From NCBI GenBank assembly GCA_903870165.1, contig CAIQBW010000021.1:6163-70162 (forward strand): a stretch of DNA of 64,000 bases, given 5' to 3'. Made by a program: the position numbers and the translations under genes. This document shows positions 31,365 to 42,154 of this stretch, piece by piece. The notes beneath the pieces were generated by a model. That model searched no databases and was not told where the DNA came from. It saw nothing but the letters and a program-made list of their open reading frames with translations. Origin of the DNA: an uncultured Methylophilaceae bacterium. GTDB lineage: Bacteria; Pseudomonadota; Gammaproteobacteria; Burkholderiales; Methylophilaceae. Each line of letters begins with the position of its first letter. Position 1 is the first letter of the stretch.

Positions 31365-32329
31365 TGAAATATAACTTGGTAAAAAAATTAGTGCGTTACT
31401 TGGCCTTTGTTGCATTGAGTTTTGTCTTGGCTAATATTGCCTTTGCTGAAGAGGATATTCCTTATCTGCTAACTGTTTCAGGCAAAGGCGATCTTGTGAC
31501 AGTTCGCGCCTTGCTAGAGGGTGGCACGAATCCCAATACGCGCGATCTTGATGCTGTTACCGCACTGATGTATGCCGCACGCAAAGACAAATACGAAGTT
31601 GTTAAGGTGTTATTGGATAAGGGGGCGGATCCGAACGCTAAAGATAATAGTGGTTGGACAGCCTTGATGTTGGCTGCTCGTAAGAACTATCTAAAAACAG
31701 CTGAAGCTTTACTCAAAAAAGGCGCTGATCCTGCTTTGCGTGACGTTTCTGGTTGGAGTGCGATGGGAATGGCAGCCACTTCTGGTTATTCTGAGATGGT
31801 GGGTTTGTTAATTGAGCACGGCATGGATGTGAATACCAAGAGCGATGATGGTAAAAGTGTCTTAATGTATGCCGCTAAGAGCGGTGATGTGCCAACAGTC
31901 AAAGTGCTTTTGGCGCATGGTGCGTTGATTGCAGACCGAGATCGTTTGAAGGTTAATGCCCTAATGTATGCCGCACGTGAAGGCAATGTTGCCGCTGTTG
32001 AAGCATTGATTGATGCTGGCGCTAAGGTTGATGACTATGACCAAAATAAATGGACGGCCCTTAGTTGGGCGGTGAGAAAGAAAAAAGTTGATGTAGTTCA
32101 AACGCTGGTTGCAAAAGGCGCTGATGTTAACCACAACGATGGTGAAGGTACGCCGCCACTGCAAAATGCGGTTTTAAATGGCGATGCGCCGATGGTGGCT
32201 TTGCTAATTAAAAGTGGTGCCAATGTCAAAGCCAAAGATCAATATGGGTTGAGTGCATTAGTTTATGCTTTAAAAGGTAAAAGTCCTGAAATCGTTAAGA
32301 TGATTAAAGATGCAGGTGGCAATTATTAG
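31364..32329 (+). CDS. Secreted ankyrin-repeat protein (about 8-9 repeats)
   Basis: Signal peptide ending AFA; repeated TALMYAA...LL..GAD.N..D units about 33 aa apart; TAATG overlap with sucD. Confidence 0.9.
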   Translation: MKYNLVKKLVRYLAFVALSFVLANIAFAEEDIPYLLTVSGKGDLVTVRALLEGGTNPNTRDLDAVTALMYAARKDKYEVVKVLLDKGADPNAKDNSGWTALMLAARKNYLKTAEALLKKGADPALRDVSGWSAMGMAATSGYSEMVGLLIEHGMDVNTKSDDGKSVLMYAAKSGDVPTVKVLLAHGALIADRDRLKVNALMYAAREGNVAAVEALIDAGAKVDDYDQNKWTALSWAVRKKKVDVVQTLVAKGADVNHNDGEGTPPLQNAVLNGDAPMVALLIKSGANVKAKDQYGLSALVYALKGKSPEIVKMIKDAGGNY

Positions 32330-32336
32330 TCAGTAT

Positions 32337-33956
32337 ATGCGATTAGCCATCGCCCAAATCAACTGTACGGTGGGTGATATTGCAGGTAACAGCGATAAGA
32401 TTGTCGCCGCTGCATCACAAGCTAAAGCCAAAGGTGCATCACTTCTTATCACGCCAGAGTTAGCCTTAACCGGCTACCCCCCAGAAGACCTATTGCTAAG
32501 GGAAGATTTCAATCAAGCGAGTGATACCGCTTTGCTTGAGCTTGCTAAAAAGACAAAATCTATTACCGTTCTTGTTGGTCACCCACGTGTTTTTGAAGGC
32601 GCATGCTACAACGCTGCTTCAGTGCTGCAAGATGGTAAGGTTATCGCCACTTACCATAAGCAAGCTTTACCTAATCACACAGTATTTGATGAGCTTCGCT
32701 ATTTCAAAGCGGGCACCGTGCCACTGGTTTTTGAACACCATGGTGTCAAATGCGGTGTGTTAATTTGTGCGGATATTTGGGAAGTAAACCCCGCAAAATT
32801 GGCCAAGCAAGCAGGAGCAGAAGTTCTATTGACGCTCAACGCTTCGCCTTACCATATGGAAAAGCAAGATAGCCGTCATGAGGTTGCGCGCCAGAGAGTT
32901 CTGGAAACTGGCTTGGCGCTGGTTTATACCAATCTAGTTGGGGGCCAAGATGAACTTGTATTTGATGGAGCTTCTTTTGTTTTAGATAGGTCAGGTGCTC
33001 TTGTTCAGCAGTTACCAGCCTTTGAAGAAGCATTGTCATTGGTTGAGGTTGACTGTGCCTCAGGCAATAAAGCGAATCCTAATCTAGCGGAAATTACACC
33101 AACCCTTTCGATTGAGGCTTCTGTCTACCAAGCTCTGACTTTAGGCTTAAAAGACTACGTGAGTAAAAATAGATTTAAGGGAGTGGTGCTCGGCCTGTCG
33201 GGTGGAATTGATTCCGCTTTGACTCTTGCCGTTGCAGTAGACGCTTTAGGCTCTGAACAAGTGCGAGTTGTGATGATGCCTTCGGAATTTACTGCTGATA
33301 TGAGCGTGAGTGATGCCCATTTGATGGCGGATATAGTTGGTGTGCGCTACAGCGAATTGCCAATTGGTCCGCTGTTTAACTTGTTTAGAGATACGCTCTC
33401 AGATGAGTTCGCTGGCTTGGCTTTTGATACCACGGAAGAAAATCTACAAGCGCGTATTCGCGGTATGTTGCTAATGGCATTGTCGAATAAGTTTGGCAGT
33501 ATTGTGCTCACTACTGGCAACAAGAGCGAGATGGCGGTTGGTTATAGTACGCTTTATGGGGATATGGCAGGCGGCTTTGCTTTACTTAAAGATGTGCCAA
33601 AAACATTGGTTTATCAGTTATCAAATTATCGCAACTCAATATCATCAGTTATCCCCGAACGTATTATTACGCGCCCGCCGTCAGCAGAGTTGCGTCACGA
33701 CCAGAAAGATCAAGATAGCCTGCCAGCCTATGAGATTTTAGATGCGATTATGGAAGCTTACGTTGAGCATGATGCGAGTCATGTAGATATCCTCGCGATG
33801 GGATATAGAGCGCAGGATGTGAATCGTGTAACATCCTTAATTGATAGAAACGAATATAAGCGTCGCCAATCACCTATTGGCGTTCGGATTACCCAGCGCG
33901 GGTTTGGTAAAGATAGACGTTATCCGATTACTTCAAAGTTCGTACCAAAAGCGTAA
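32337..33956 (+). CDS. nadE: Glutamine-dependent NAD+ synthetase
   Basis: Nitrilase-like N-terminal domain (PEL..GYPPEDL, YHK..LPN, ICAD), GLSGGIDS, TGNKSE, EYKRRQ. Confidence 0.96.
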   Translation: MRLAIAQINCTVGDIAGNSDKIVAAASQAKAKGASLLITPELALTGYPPEDLLLREDFNQASDTALLELAKKTKSITVLVGHPRVFEGACYNAASVLQDGKVIATYHKQALPNHTVFDELRYFKAGTVPLVFEHHGVKCGVLICADIWEVNPAKLAKQAGAEVLLTLNASPYHMEKQDSRHEVARQRVLETGLALVYTNLVGGQDELVFDGASFVLDRSGALVQQLPAFEEALSLVEVDCASGNKANPNLAEITPTLSIEASVYQALTLGLKDYVSKNRFKGVVLGLSGGIDSALTLAVAVDALGSEQVRVVMMPSEFTADMSVSDAHLMADIVGVRYSELPIGPLFNLFRDTLSDEFAGLAFDTTEENLQARIRGMLLMALSNKFGSIVLTTGNKSEMAVGYSTLYGDMAGGFALLKDVPKTLVYQLSNYRNSISSVIPERIITRPPSAELRHDQKDQDSLPAYEILDAIMEAYVEHDASHVDILAMGYRAQDVNRVTSLIDRNEYKRRQSPIGVRITQRGFGKDRRYPITSKFVPKA

Positions 33957-33989
33957 AAAATTATTAGATTTTCACCTGAGGGGATATAA

Positions 33990-34328
<339 letters not shown>

Positions 34329-34360
34329 TTTTAATTGATTATTACTGAGGTGCTGGGCTT

Positions 34361-36151
34361 CTAAAAGCCTAGCCATCTTGCGGATTGATAAAAGACGAAG
34401 CTAACAATCCAAGCTAGCATTAAAGACCAAATGATAGAGAGCATCGCAAAGGCCCAGCTTTTTGCTTCATTTTTAAGGGTAATAATCGTTGATAGGCAAG
34501 GCGTATAAATGAGCGTAAATAGCATAAAGCTCATCCCTTGTACCCAGTCTAGTTTTTGCGCCATCAGATGCATCAGCGCATCGCCCTGAAGTCCGTAAAT
34601 CACAGCGAGCGCGCCAATCACAATCTCTTTGGCAACAAAGCCAAAAATCAAAGTAATTGCCAGTTGGCTATCAATGCCAATCGGATTCAACACCACTGAA
34701 AAACAATCCCCGATTTTTCCTGCCAAGGTGGCACTACTTGCAGGTGCCGCATCTAAGGGGAAGTGAGTTAGTGCCCAAACCAAAATCACACCTATTGTGA
34801 TGAATTTACTTGCTCGGCTAAGGAAGTATTTCACTTCTTGCCAGCCTCTTAGCCAAATTTGGCGGCCTGTCGGGAAGCGGTAAGGCGGTAACTCAAGAAT
34901 AAACGGCTCACTATTTGGATACTGATTTTTAAATAACATAGCGGTGATAAAAATGGTGATAAAGCTTACCAAGTAGAGCGCAAATAGCACTAGCGGTGCT
35001 TGGCTTGCAGTGAACAGGGTAGCGGTCATAAATAGGAACACCTGAAGACGCGCCGAGCAGAGTGATAGTGGTATCACGAGCATGGTGAGTAAGCGCATGT
35101 TTTTTGAGCGCATCACGCGAGTCCCCATCAAGGCTGGCACATTGCAACCAAAGCCCATGAGTACCATGACAAAGCCTCGACCATCTAAGCCCATCTTCGC
35201 CATTAAAGCATCGACCAAGAATGCGGCGCGAGATAAATAGCCACTGTCCTCTACCATGGTCATAATTAGGAAGAATAAAACGATGATTGGTATAAACGCA
35301 GCAACTGTGCCAAGGCCGTTATAAACGCCGTCTAGCAATAAGCCACTTAGCCAAGTTGGGGCATTCAATAAAAGTGGTTCAAGCGCGTTCGTGCGGAAGA
35401 TGGCGAGTAGCCATGCAATGCCATCTTGAAGTGGTTTGCCCGCATTGAAGATGAACTGAAACAATATATACATCGCGGCAAAAAATATTGGCAAGCCTAA
35501 CCAAGGATGCAGTAACACTTTGTCGATGCGATTAGTGAGGTCGTCTCCAAGCTGCATCGGCATTTGGACTGTTGCTTCAACAATGGCTTCCATTTCAGCT
35601 TCAATGTTTGAGTCTTGCTGAAGCTGTTTGCTGATTTTCTCGGCATCTACATGTTGTTTTTGTTTGGATAATACAAGCGATGCGGCTTTGAGCGCGTCAG
35701 GGCAACGGACACCGTATTTTGCGCTAATTTGCACAACGGGCATGTTTAGCTTGAAAGACATTTCTTCTGTATTAATTGTTATACCAGCGCGCTTTGCTTC
35801 ATCGCTCATATTGAGTAGTAATATGCATGGTAAGCCTAGAGCACGTATTTGTAGAGCTAGTGAAAGCTGCCTATCAATCTGCGCGCTATTCGCGACGATC
35901 ATCACTAAATCAATAGTATTGTTGCATAAGAAGTGACGAACGACCTGCTCGTCATCTGAATATCCATGCAGGTCATATAAGCCAGGTAAATCAATCAGCT
36001 CTGCAATATGGCCACCAATGAGAATCTTTGCACTCATGAGGTCAACTGTGATGCCAGGCCAATTACCAACGCGTGCAGAAGCGCCGCTCAATCGATTGAA
36101 GAGAGTGGATTTTCCTGTATTGGGCATGCCCAATAGTGCGATACGTTTCAT
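34361..36151 (-). CDS. feoB: Ferrous iron transporter B
   Basis: G1 GMPNTGKS, G2 NWPGITV, G3 DLPG, G4 NMSD; GFGCNVPA, CSARL, ELPPYR, YTPC. Confidence 0.95.
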   Translation of the reverse strand: MKRIALLGMPNTGKSTLFNRLSGASARVGNWPGITVDLMSAKILIGGHIAELIDLPGLYDLHGYSDDEQVVRHFLCNNTIDLVMIVANSAQIDRQLSLALQIRALGLPCILLLNMSDEAKRAGITINTEEMSFKLNMPVVQISAKYGVRCPDALKAASLVLSKQKQHVDAEKISKQLQQDSNIEAEMEAIVEATVQMPMQLGDDLTNRIDKVLLHPWLGLPIFFAAMYILFQFIFNAGKPLQDGIAWLLAIFRTNALEPLLLNAPTWLSGLLLDGVYNGLGTVAAFIPIIVLFFLIMTMVEDSGYLSRAAFLVDALMAKMGLDGRGFVMVLMGFGCNVPALMGTRVMRSKNMRLLTMLVIPLSLCSARLQVFLFMTATLFTASQAPLVLFALYLVSFITIFITAMLFKNQYPNSEPFILELPPYRFPTGRQIWLRGWQEVKYFLSRASKFITIGVILVWALTHFPLDAAPASSATLAGKIGDCFSVVLNPIGIDSQLAITLIFGFVAKEIVIGALAVIYGLQGDALMHLMAQKLDWVQGMSFMLFTLIYTPCLSTIITLKNEAKSWAFAMLSIIWSLMLAWIVSFVFYQSARWLGF

Positions 36152-36390
36152 GATGTCTGGACTTGAATGCGACTTGCTTCGGTGCGACGCAAGATAATGT
36201 CAGTGCTACCAATTCTCACGTGTAGCGGGCCGTTAAAGCTAGCACAACGGACTAACTCTACTCTTTTTCCATTGCGAAAACCAAGCGCAGCCAATCGATG
36301 AAACAGCGAATTATCGGCGTCAATATTGCTGATGAGTGCAGTTTCACCTGGTTTTAAGCTGGATAAGTTTTGTGTTGATGCAGGATTCAT
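36148..36390 (-). CDS. feoA: Ferrous iron transport protein A
   Basis: LSSLKPGE..RLAALGF..G.PL.VRIG..LRR.EA SH3-like pattern; 4-nt overlap with feoB. Confidence 0.92.
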   Translation of the reverse strand: MNPASTQNLSSLKPGETALISNIDADNSLFHRLAALGFRNGKRVELVRCASFNGPLHVRIGSTDIILRRTEASRIQVQTS

Positions 36391-36413
36391 TAATGCAATG
36401 AAAAATCCTAAAT

Positions 36414-36432
36414 GATAATGGTTCTTATTATC
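36414..36432. promoter_or_regulatory. Fur box upstream of feoAB
   Basis: GATAATGGTTCTTATTATC matches the consensus GATAATGATAATCATTATC at 15 of 19 positions, about 24 nt upstream of the feoA ATG. Confidence 0.8.
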
Positions 36433-36471
36433 GCACAAATTGAATGCGATGCGATAGAGTGAAGTCCAATA

Positions 36472-36499
36472 AAAAACGGTCTGTGAACAGACCGTTTTT
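36472..36499 (-). terminator. Intrinsic terminator after the PPIase gene
   Basis: AAAAACGGTCTG-tgaa-CAGACCGTTTTT. Confidence 0.85.
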
Positions 36500-36523
36500 G
36501 TTGATTAACCAGCGCGTAAAAAA

Positions 36524-37327
36524 TTATTTTTTAGCAGGTTTTGTGTTGTCTACCACTGTTGCTTTAGCGCGCAAATCAGTCAACATCTTTTCCAATTGAC
36601 GTTGACCAAGTTGCTTTTGCAAATTCTCTTTTACTTTATCGTAAGCTGGCGCTTTCAGTTCGCGAACATCATCAAGCTTAATCACATGCCAGCCGAATTG
36701 GGTTTGCACTGGATCACTTACTTTACCTTTTTGAAGCTTAGCTACCGCTTCGCCAAATGGTTTTACCATGCCACCTAAAGCAAACCAACCTAAGTCGCCT
36801 CCTTTTTCTTTAGAGCCTGGGTCGATTGATTTTTCTTTAGCAATTTTTGAAAAGTCGCCACCTTTGTTAAGTTGAGCGATCACATCTTTTGCTTCAGCTT
36901 CTGACGCCACTAAAATATGACGTGCGTTATATTCCTTGTCGCCCAATTCTGTTTTGAATTTTTCGTAAGCCGCTTTTGTATCTGACTCGCTCACTGGGTG
37001 GTTCTTCATGTAGTCTTGAATATACACATTCACCAGTAATTCTCGGCGTGTTAACTCTTCTTTTGCTAGGTAGTCAGGCTTTTTATCCATGCCAGATTTT
37101 TGTGCTTCTTGAAGTACCAATTCACTACTAATCAATTTAGACATAATGACATCACGAACATTGTCATCCACTTTTTGACCGTGATCAGTTGCATCTTTAA
37201 CGATGAAATCAAATAGTGATTGCTTGATTGGTTTGCCATTTACCGTTGCTACTGCATCGCCAGCAATTGCTGAAGCGCTAAAGCTTAATGTAGCGAGTAA
37301 CAAAAGAGTGATTCTAGAGAGTTTCAT
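36524..37327 (-). CDS. Periplasmic parvulin-type (PpiC/PrsA-like) peptidyl-prolyl isomerase
   Basis: Signal peptide; ARHILV, GGDLGWF, TQFGWHVIKL. Confidence 0.92.
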   Translation of the reverse strand: MKLSRITLLLLATLSFSASAIAGDAVATVNGKPIKQSLFDFIVKDATDHGQKVDDNVRDVIMSKLISSELVLQEAQKSGMDKKPDYLAKEELTRRELLVNVYIQDYMKNHPVSESDTKAAYEKFKTELGDKEYNARHILVASEAEAKDVIAQLNKGGDFSKIAKEKSIDPGSKEKGGDLGWFALGGMVKPFGEAVAKLQKGKVSDPVQTQFGWHVIKLDDVRELKAPAYDKVKENLQKQLGQRQLEKMLTDLRAKATVVDNTKPAKK

Positions 37328-37389
37328 TCAAAGTCCTTAGTAGGGGATGATTAGTATAAGAAGTAATTGATTTAAAAATATTATAAGGT

Positions 37390-37647
37390 TTATTCGTCGC
37401 TGGCGATAGCGTGGATGCTTAGTGCGTGAATTTGCTTAGGGATTAAGTCACCCATCAATTGATAAATGACACGATGGCGTGCTACTTGCGATTTGCCGTT
37501 AAATTCAGCGCTGGCTATCCTCAAGGTGAAATGTCCGCCACCGCCATTGCCTTTGTGTCCAGCGTGCAAAGCGCTATCATCTTGAATCTCCAATTGGCTT
37601 GGCGCAAGCGGTTGCAGTCTGCTTTTGATTTCTTCTATTAAACTCAT
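37390..37647 (-). CDS. bolA: BolA family protein
   Basis: DDSALHAGH, GHF, FNG...RHR..Y, IHALSI. Confidence 0.9.
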   Translation of the reverse strand: MSLIEEIKSRLQPLAPSQLEIQDDSALHAGHKGNGGGGHFTLRIASAEFNGKSQVARHRVIYQLMGDLIPKQIHALSIHAIASDE

Positions 37648-37648
37648 A

Positions 37649-37951
37649 TTAGGCTGGCAAGGTTTTGCGAAAAGGTTTAACGCTCACATTGACATAAACA
37701 CCTGCACTGACAAATGGGTCAGTATTTGCCCAAGTTTCAGCTTCGGCTAGGCTATTAAACTCAGCAACAATTAGACTGCCAGTAAAGCCTGCTGGGCCTG
37801 GGTCGATGCTATCAATTGCAGGAAAAGGGCCGGCTAATAATAAACGACCTGCTTCATGCAAAGCGGTGAGTCTTGCTAAATGCTCAGGACGGTTAGCTAA
37901 ACGCTTTTCCAAGCTGTTAGGCGTATCTTCGGTAACGATGGCGTACCACAT
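37649..37951 (-). CDS. yciI: YciI family protein
   Basis: R...[25 protein letters not shown]...GVY. Confidence 0.92.
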   Translation of the reverse strand: MWYAIVTEDTPNSLEKRLANRPEHLARLTALHEAGRLLLAGPFPAIDSIDPGPAGFTGSLIVAEFNSLAEAETWANTDPFVSAGVYVNVSVKPFRKTLPA

Positions 37952-38574
37952 TATGCTTTGTCCTCATTGATGATGTATTTATTAATTGCGAAACTTTGTC
38001 CGATGATGAAAATGAACATCAGTCCCATCGTGCCAAATAGCTTAAAACTTGCCCAAGTGTCGATTGAATAATGGAAGGCGACGTATAAATTCAGGGCACC
38101 TAAGCCAGCAAAGAAGATAGCCCAAGCAACATTGAGCTTATTCCAAATCGCTTCGGGTAAGCTGATTTCCTTGCCCATCATGCTTTTGATGATGTTTTTT
38201 TGTGTGAATAAATTTGCGCCAATTAATACCGCCGCAAACGCCCAATAAAGCAAAGTTGGTTTCCATTTAATAAATGCGTCGTTTTGGAAGTAAAGCGTTA
38301 ATCCTCCTAAGACTGTAACTAACAATGCGCTTAACCACAAAGTGTTATCAACCTTTTTGTAATGTAGCTTCGCCCAGATGATTTGAATGATGCTGCCGAC
38401 AATCACCGCGATTGTGGCGAGCATGATAGGCACTAGGCTTGGTTTGACTGAAGCAGCAATGCCAAGTGTAGTAAGTATTTTGGCTAAAATGAGGCTGGCT
38501 GAAGCGGTTTTTTCTGCCACTTTAAGCGTAATAAAAAATAAGATGACAGGGAATAAATCGAATAAGAACTTCAT
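37951..38574 (-). CDS. yciB: Inner-membrane protein YciB (septation protein A/IspZ)
   Basis: [35 protein letters not shown]. Confidence 0.93.
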   Translation of the reverse strand: MKFLFDLFPVILFFITLKVAEKTASASLILAKILTTLGIAASVKPSLVPIMLATIAVIVGSIIQIIWAKLHYKKVDNTLWLSALLVTVLGGLTLYFQNDAFIKWKPTLLYWAFAAVLIGANLFTQKNIIKSMMGKEISLPEAIWNKLNVAWAIFFAGLGALNLYVAFHYSIDTWASFKLFGTMGLMFIFIIGQSFAINKYIINEDKA

Positions 38575-38727
38575 GCACTACTTTCGGTAAAAGGTTCGCT
38601 GGCGAAAAGCTGCTTTAAGTGTCGGCGCTTTAGGTGTCAGCAAGACCTGTATTTTGCTATGATGTATGAAGCCTGACAAGGCAACTTTTTTAAATTTTAC
38701 CAAGCCCCACTCCAACTAACATTAAAA

Positions 38728-39591
38728 ATGCGTTCCTTGATTGACCTTCATTGCCATTCTACCGTTTCAGATGGGGTCTTGACGCCTACTGAAATCGTGA
38801 ATCATGCGGCTGAAAAAGGCATAAGTGTATTGGCGTTGACTGACCATGATGATGTCGCTGGTTTGGAAACAGCAAGGTCTGTGGCTGAGGCGCATGGTAT
38901 GAAATTTATCAATGGTGTGGAAATTTCAGTCACGTGGCGTCGTCGCACATTACATATTGTTGGTTTAAAAATTGATCCGGAATATCCGCCTTTGGTGGCA
39001 GGACTTGCCAATATTCGTGCTGGTCGCCACACACGAGCTGCTGGTATGGCACAGGCCTTGGAAAAAATCGGTATTCATGGCTCGCTTCAAGGAGCTTACG
39101 AGCATAGCAAGGGTGGCATTATCAGCCGGACACATTTCGCACGCTTTTTAATTGAAAATGGTTACGCCAAGGACACCAAAGCGGTGTTTAAAAATTACTT
39201 AGTTAAAGGTAAGCCGGGTTATTTTGAGCATCAGTGGGCAAGTTTGGAGGATGCGATGGCTTGGATTATCGGCAGTGGTGGTGTGGCAGTCATCGCCCAT
39301 CCGGGACGTTACGATTTAGGTCGAGTAACGATGCTCGAGTTGATGCATGAATTCCGCGCCTTAGGCGGCTCCGCGATTGAAGTGGTGACTGGTAGCCATA
39401 CGGTTGACCAATATCAAGAATTCGCAAAAATGGCTAAGGCCTTTGACTTAGCATCATCGATGGGTTCTGATTATCACGGTAAAGGTCAAACCTATATTGA
39501 GATGGCGCGATTGCCTAGCTTACCAAGCAACTGCGTGCCAGTTTGGCGCGATTGGGCTGAAGTGCAGAATATTGAATTAGAGACGCATTAA
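38728..39591 (+). CDS. PHP-domain phosphoesterase (YciV/TrpH, RNase AM-like)
   Basis: DLHCHSTVSDG, LTDHD, GVEIS, AHP, GSDYHG. Confidence 0.9.
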   Translation: MRSLIDLHCHSTVSDGVLTPTEIVNHAAEKGISVLALTDHDDVAGLETARSVAEAHGMKFINGVEISVTWRRRTLHIVGLKIDPEYPPLVAGLANIRAGRHTRAAGMAQALEKIGIHGSLQGAYEHSKGGIISRTHFARFLIENGYAKDTKAVFKNYLVKGKPGYFEHQWASLEDAMAWIIGSGGVAVIAHPGRYDLGRVTMLELMHEFRALGGSAIEVVTGSHTVDQYQEFAKMAKAFDLASSMGSDYHGKGQTYIEMARLPSLPSNCVPVWRDWAEVQNIELETH

Positions 39592-40220
39592 TGGCACAGT
39601 ACTTTTCTATTCATGCAGAAAACCCGCAAGCCCGATTAATAAATCAAGCGGTTGAGATTTTGAATGATGGCGGTGTCATTGCTTACCCGACAGATTCTAG
39701 TTATGCGTTAGGATGCATCATTGGCAATAAGGACGCCCAAACCAAAATTCGTGCTATACGTGGTGTGGATGAAAACCATCATTTCACTTTGGTGTGTCGT
39801 AATTTGGCTGAACTTGCGACTTATGCGCAAGTCGATAATATGCAGTTCCGTTTATTAAAGGCGAATACGCCAGGGCAATATACTTTTGTGCTTAAAGCCA
39901 CGCGCGAAGTGCCGCGGCGTTTGCAACATCCTAAACGGAGTACGTTAGGTTTGAGAGTGCCGGAACATGCAGTGACGCAAGCATTGTTGGCTCAATTAAA
40001 TCAGCCGTTATTGAGTATGACATTGTCTTTAAAGGATGAGGTTGAGCCACTTAATGAGGCTTGGGAAATTCGTGACCGTTTAGAACATCAGCTTGATTTG
40101 GTCATTGATGCAGGTCCTTGCTCAAATTTGCCTACCACGGTGATTGATTTAACTACCGATGAGCCGCAATTGATTAGGCGCGGTGCAGGCGATTTAGCGC
40201 CATTTGGTTTAGTGGATTAA
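39591..40220 (+). CDS. yciO: Sua5/YciO/YrdC family protein
   Basis: YPTDSSYALGC, HHFTL.C, PGQYTF, GLRVP, PTTVIDL; TAATG overlap. Confidence 0.9.
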   Translation: MAQYFSIHAENPQARLINQAVEILNDGGVIAYPTDSSYALGCIIGNKDAQTKIRAIRGVDENHHFTLVCRNLAELATYAQVDNMQFRLLKANTPGQYTFVLKATREVPRRLQHPKRSTLGLRVPEHAVTQALLAQLNQPLLSMTLSLKDEVEPLNEAWEIRDRLEHQLDLVIDAGPCSNLPTTVIDLTTDEPQLIRRGAGDLAPFGLVD

Positions 40221-40244
40221 GTGTTACTTGTTAAAGGATAAAGC

Positions 40245-40880
40245 ATGGAATTAACTTACGTACAGAAGATAGCGATTTATGCCCTGCCAGTCATTTTTGC
40301 GATTACTGTGCATGAGGCGGCGCATGGTTTTGCAGCACGTTATTTTGGTGACATGACGGCCGAAAGAGAAGGGCGAATTACTTTGAACCCGCTTAAGCAT
40401 ATAGACCCTATCGGTACTATTTTATTGCCTGCGCTTACTTTATTGATCGGCGGCATTTTGTTTGGCTGGGCTAAGCCAGTGCCGGTTAATTTTTCTCGTT
40501 TACGTCACCCTAAACGCGATATGTTGTGGGTAGCTGCGGCTGGTCCAGCTTCTAATTTTGTAATGGCTTTGTTTTGGGCGCTGATTATCAAGCTGTCCTT
40601 CGTCTATCCAAGTGTTTACTCCGAGCCAATGGCGTTGATGGGGCAGGCTGGTGTGATGATTAATGTAGTCTTGATGGTACTTAACTTATTGCCGCTACCA
40701 CCTTTAGATGGCGGAAGGATTGCCGTGAGTTTGTTGCCTAACCATTTGGCATATAAATACGCGCAAATAGAACGCTATGGTTTCATTATTCTGATTGTGT
40801 TGCTTGCGACAGGCATTTTAGGTCGAATTATGGAACCGTTTATTGATGCGGTTATTCAGATTATTCAGTTCATTTTTTAA
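40245..40880 (+). CDS. Site-2 (M50) intramembrane metalloprotease
   Basis: HEAAH, AGP.SN, NLLPLPPLDGG. Confidence 0.93.
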   Translation: MELTYVQKIAIYALPVIFAITVHEAAHGFAARYFGDMTAEREGRITLNPLKHIDPIGTILLPALTLLIGGILFGWAKPVPVNFSRLRHPKRDMLWVAAAGPASNFVMALFWALIIKLSFVYPSVYSEPMALMGQAGVMINVVLMVLNLLPLPPLDGGRIAVSLLPNHLAYKYAQIERYGFIILIVLLATGILGRIMEPFIDAVIQIIQFIF

Positions 40881-40947
40881 TTTTTTGGGCGTGATTGCGC
40901 GCCTTTTCGTATAATAGATTCCTCTTTATTTATGGTTATTCATCACT

Positions 40948-42150
40948 ATGGCAGTTGAGCGCGTTTTATCAGGTATGCGACCTACGGGAAGCTTGCATCT
41001 TGGACATTATCACGGTGTGTTGAAAAACTGGGTGAAGCTCCAGCATGAGCATGAATGCTTATTCTTTGTGGCTGATTGGCATGCACTTACAACACACTAC
41101 GACACGCCTGAGATTATCGAAGAAAGCGTTTGGGAAATGGTGATTGATTGGATCGCGGCGGGTGTCGACCCAGCAAAAGCCACTATCTTTATTCAATCCA
41201 AAGTACCTGAGCATGCTGAGCTGCATACTTTGCTTTCTATGATTACCCCGCTTGGTTGGTTGGAACGTGTCCCAACTTATAAAGATCAACAAGAAAAACT
41301 CGCACAAAAAGACTTATCTACTTACGGCTTTTTAGGATATCCATTGCTACAAAGCGCAGATATCTTGATTTATAAGGCAACTCAAGTGCCTGTTGGCGAA
41401 GACCAAATTCCACATATTGAGTTTACACGTGAAATCGCACGTCGTTTTAATCATATTTATGGCCGTGAAAAAGGCTTTGAAGAAAAAGCAGAGGCTGCAA
41501 TTAAAAAGCTTGGTAGTAAACGTGGTGGCTTGTACGAAGAACTTCGGACGCGTTACCAAGAGAGCGGTGATGACGAGGCCTTAGAATCAGCTCGTGCAAT
41601 GATTGAAGAACAACAAGGTTTGAGCTTAGGTGACCGCGAACGTTTGCTTGGCTACCTAGAAGGCGGCGGCAAAATGATTTTGGTTGAGCCCGAATATAAG
41701 CTTACGCCAGCTTCTAGAATGCCAGGTTTGGATGGTCAAAAGATGTCTAAGTCTTATAACAACACCATTTCTATGCGTGAGTCACCAGATATGGTCGCGA
41801 AGAAAATTAAGACCATGCCGACAGATCCAGCGCGTATTCGTTTGACCGATGTGGGCGACCCAGATAAATGTCCTGTGTGGCAATTGCATGAAGTCTATTC
41901 AAGCGATGAAACTAAAGCTTGGGTGCAACAAGGTTGCCGCACAGCGGGTATCGGCTGTATTGCCTGTAAAGGTCCTGTGATTGAAAGCGTGTTGGAAGAG
42001 CTCAAGCCTATTCAAGAACGTGCTGCACAGTATGCCGAAGACCCAATGTTGATTAAAAACGTGGTGGCTGAGGGTTGTGAGCGCGCTCGTAAAATGGCGC
42101 GTGAAACCATGCGTGAAGTGCGTGAAGTCATGGGTCTAAGTTACTCATAA
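40948..42150 (+). CDS. trpS: Tryptophan--tRNA ligase
   Basis: SGMRPTG.LHLGH, VPVGEDQ, KMSKS; internal helical insertion. Confidence 0.96.
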   Translation: MAVERVLSGMRPTGSLHLGHYHGVLKNWVKLQHEHECLFFVADWHALTTHYDTPEIIEESVWEMVIDWIAAGVDPAKATIFIQSKVPEHAELHTLLSMITPLGWLERVPTYKDQQEKLAQKDLSTYGFLGYPLLQSADILIYKATQVPVGEDQIPHIEFTREIARRFNHIYGREKGFEEKAEAAIKKLGSKRGGLYEELRTRYQESGDDEALESARAMIEEQQGLSLGDRERLLGYLEGGGKMILVEPEYKLTPASRMPGLDGQKMSKSYNNTISMRESPDMVAKKIKTMPTDPARIRLTDVGDPDKCPVWQLHEVYSSDETKAWVQQGCRTAGIGCIACKGPVIESVLEELKPIQERAAQYAEDPMLIKNVVAEGCERARKMARETMREVREVMGLSYS

Positions 42151-42154
42151 GCGC

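Noticed and set aside
38575-38727. Relatively GC-rich divergent intergenic region with a TGTCAG/CTGACA inverted pair
   Set aside because: Only 6 bp with a long spacer; no riboswitch or sRNA consensus recognised; explained by divergent promoters
41460-41690. Helical insertion in TrpS, and an extra N-terminal loop in YciB
   Set aside because: To my knowledge these are common in betaproteobacterial orthologues; no intein signatures seen
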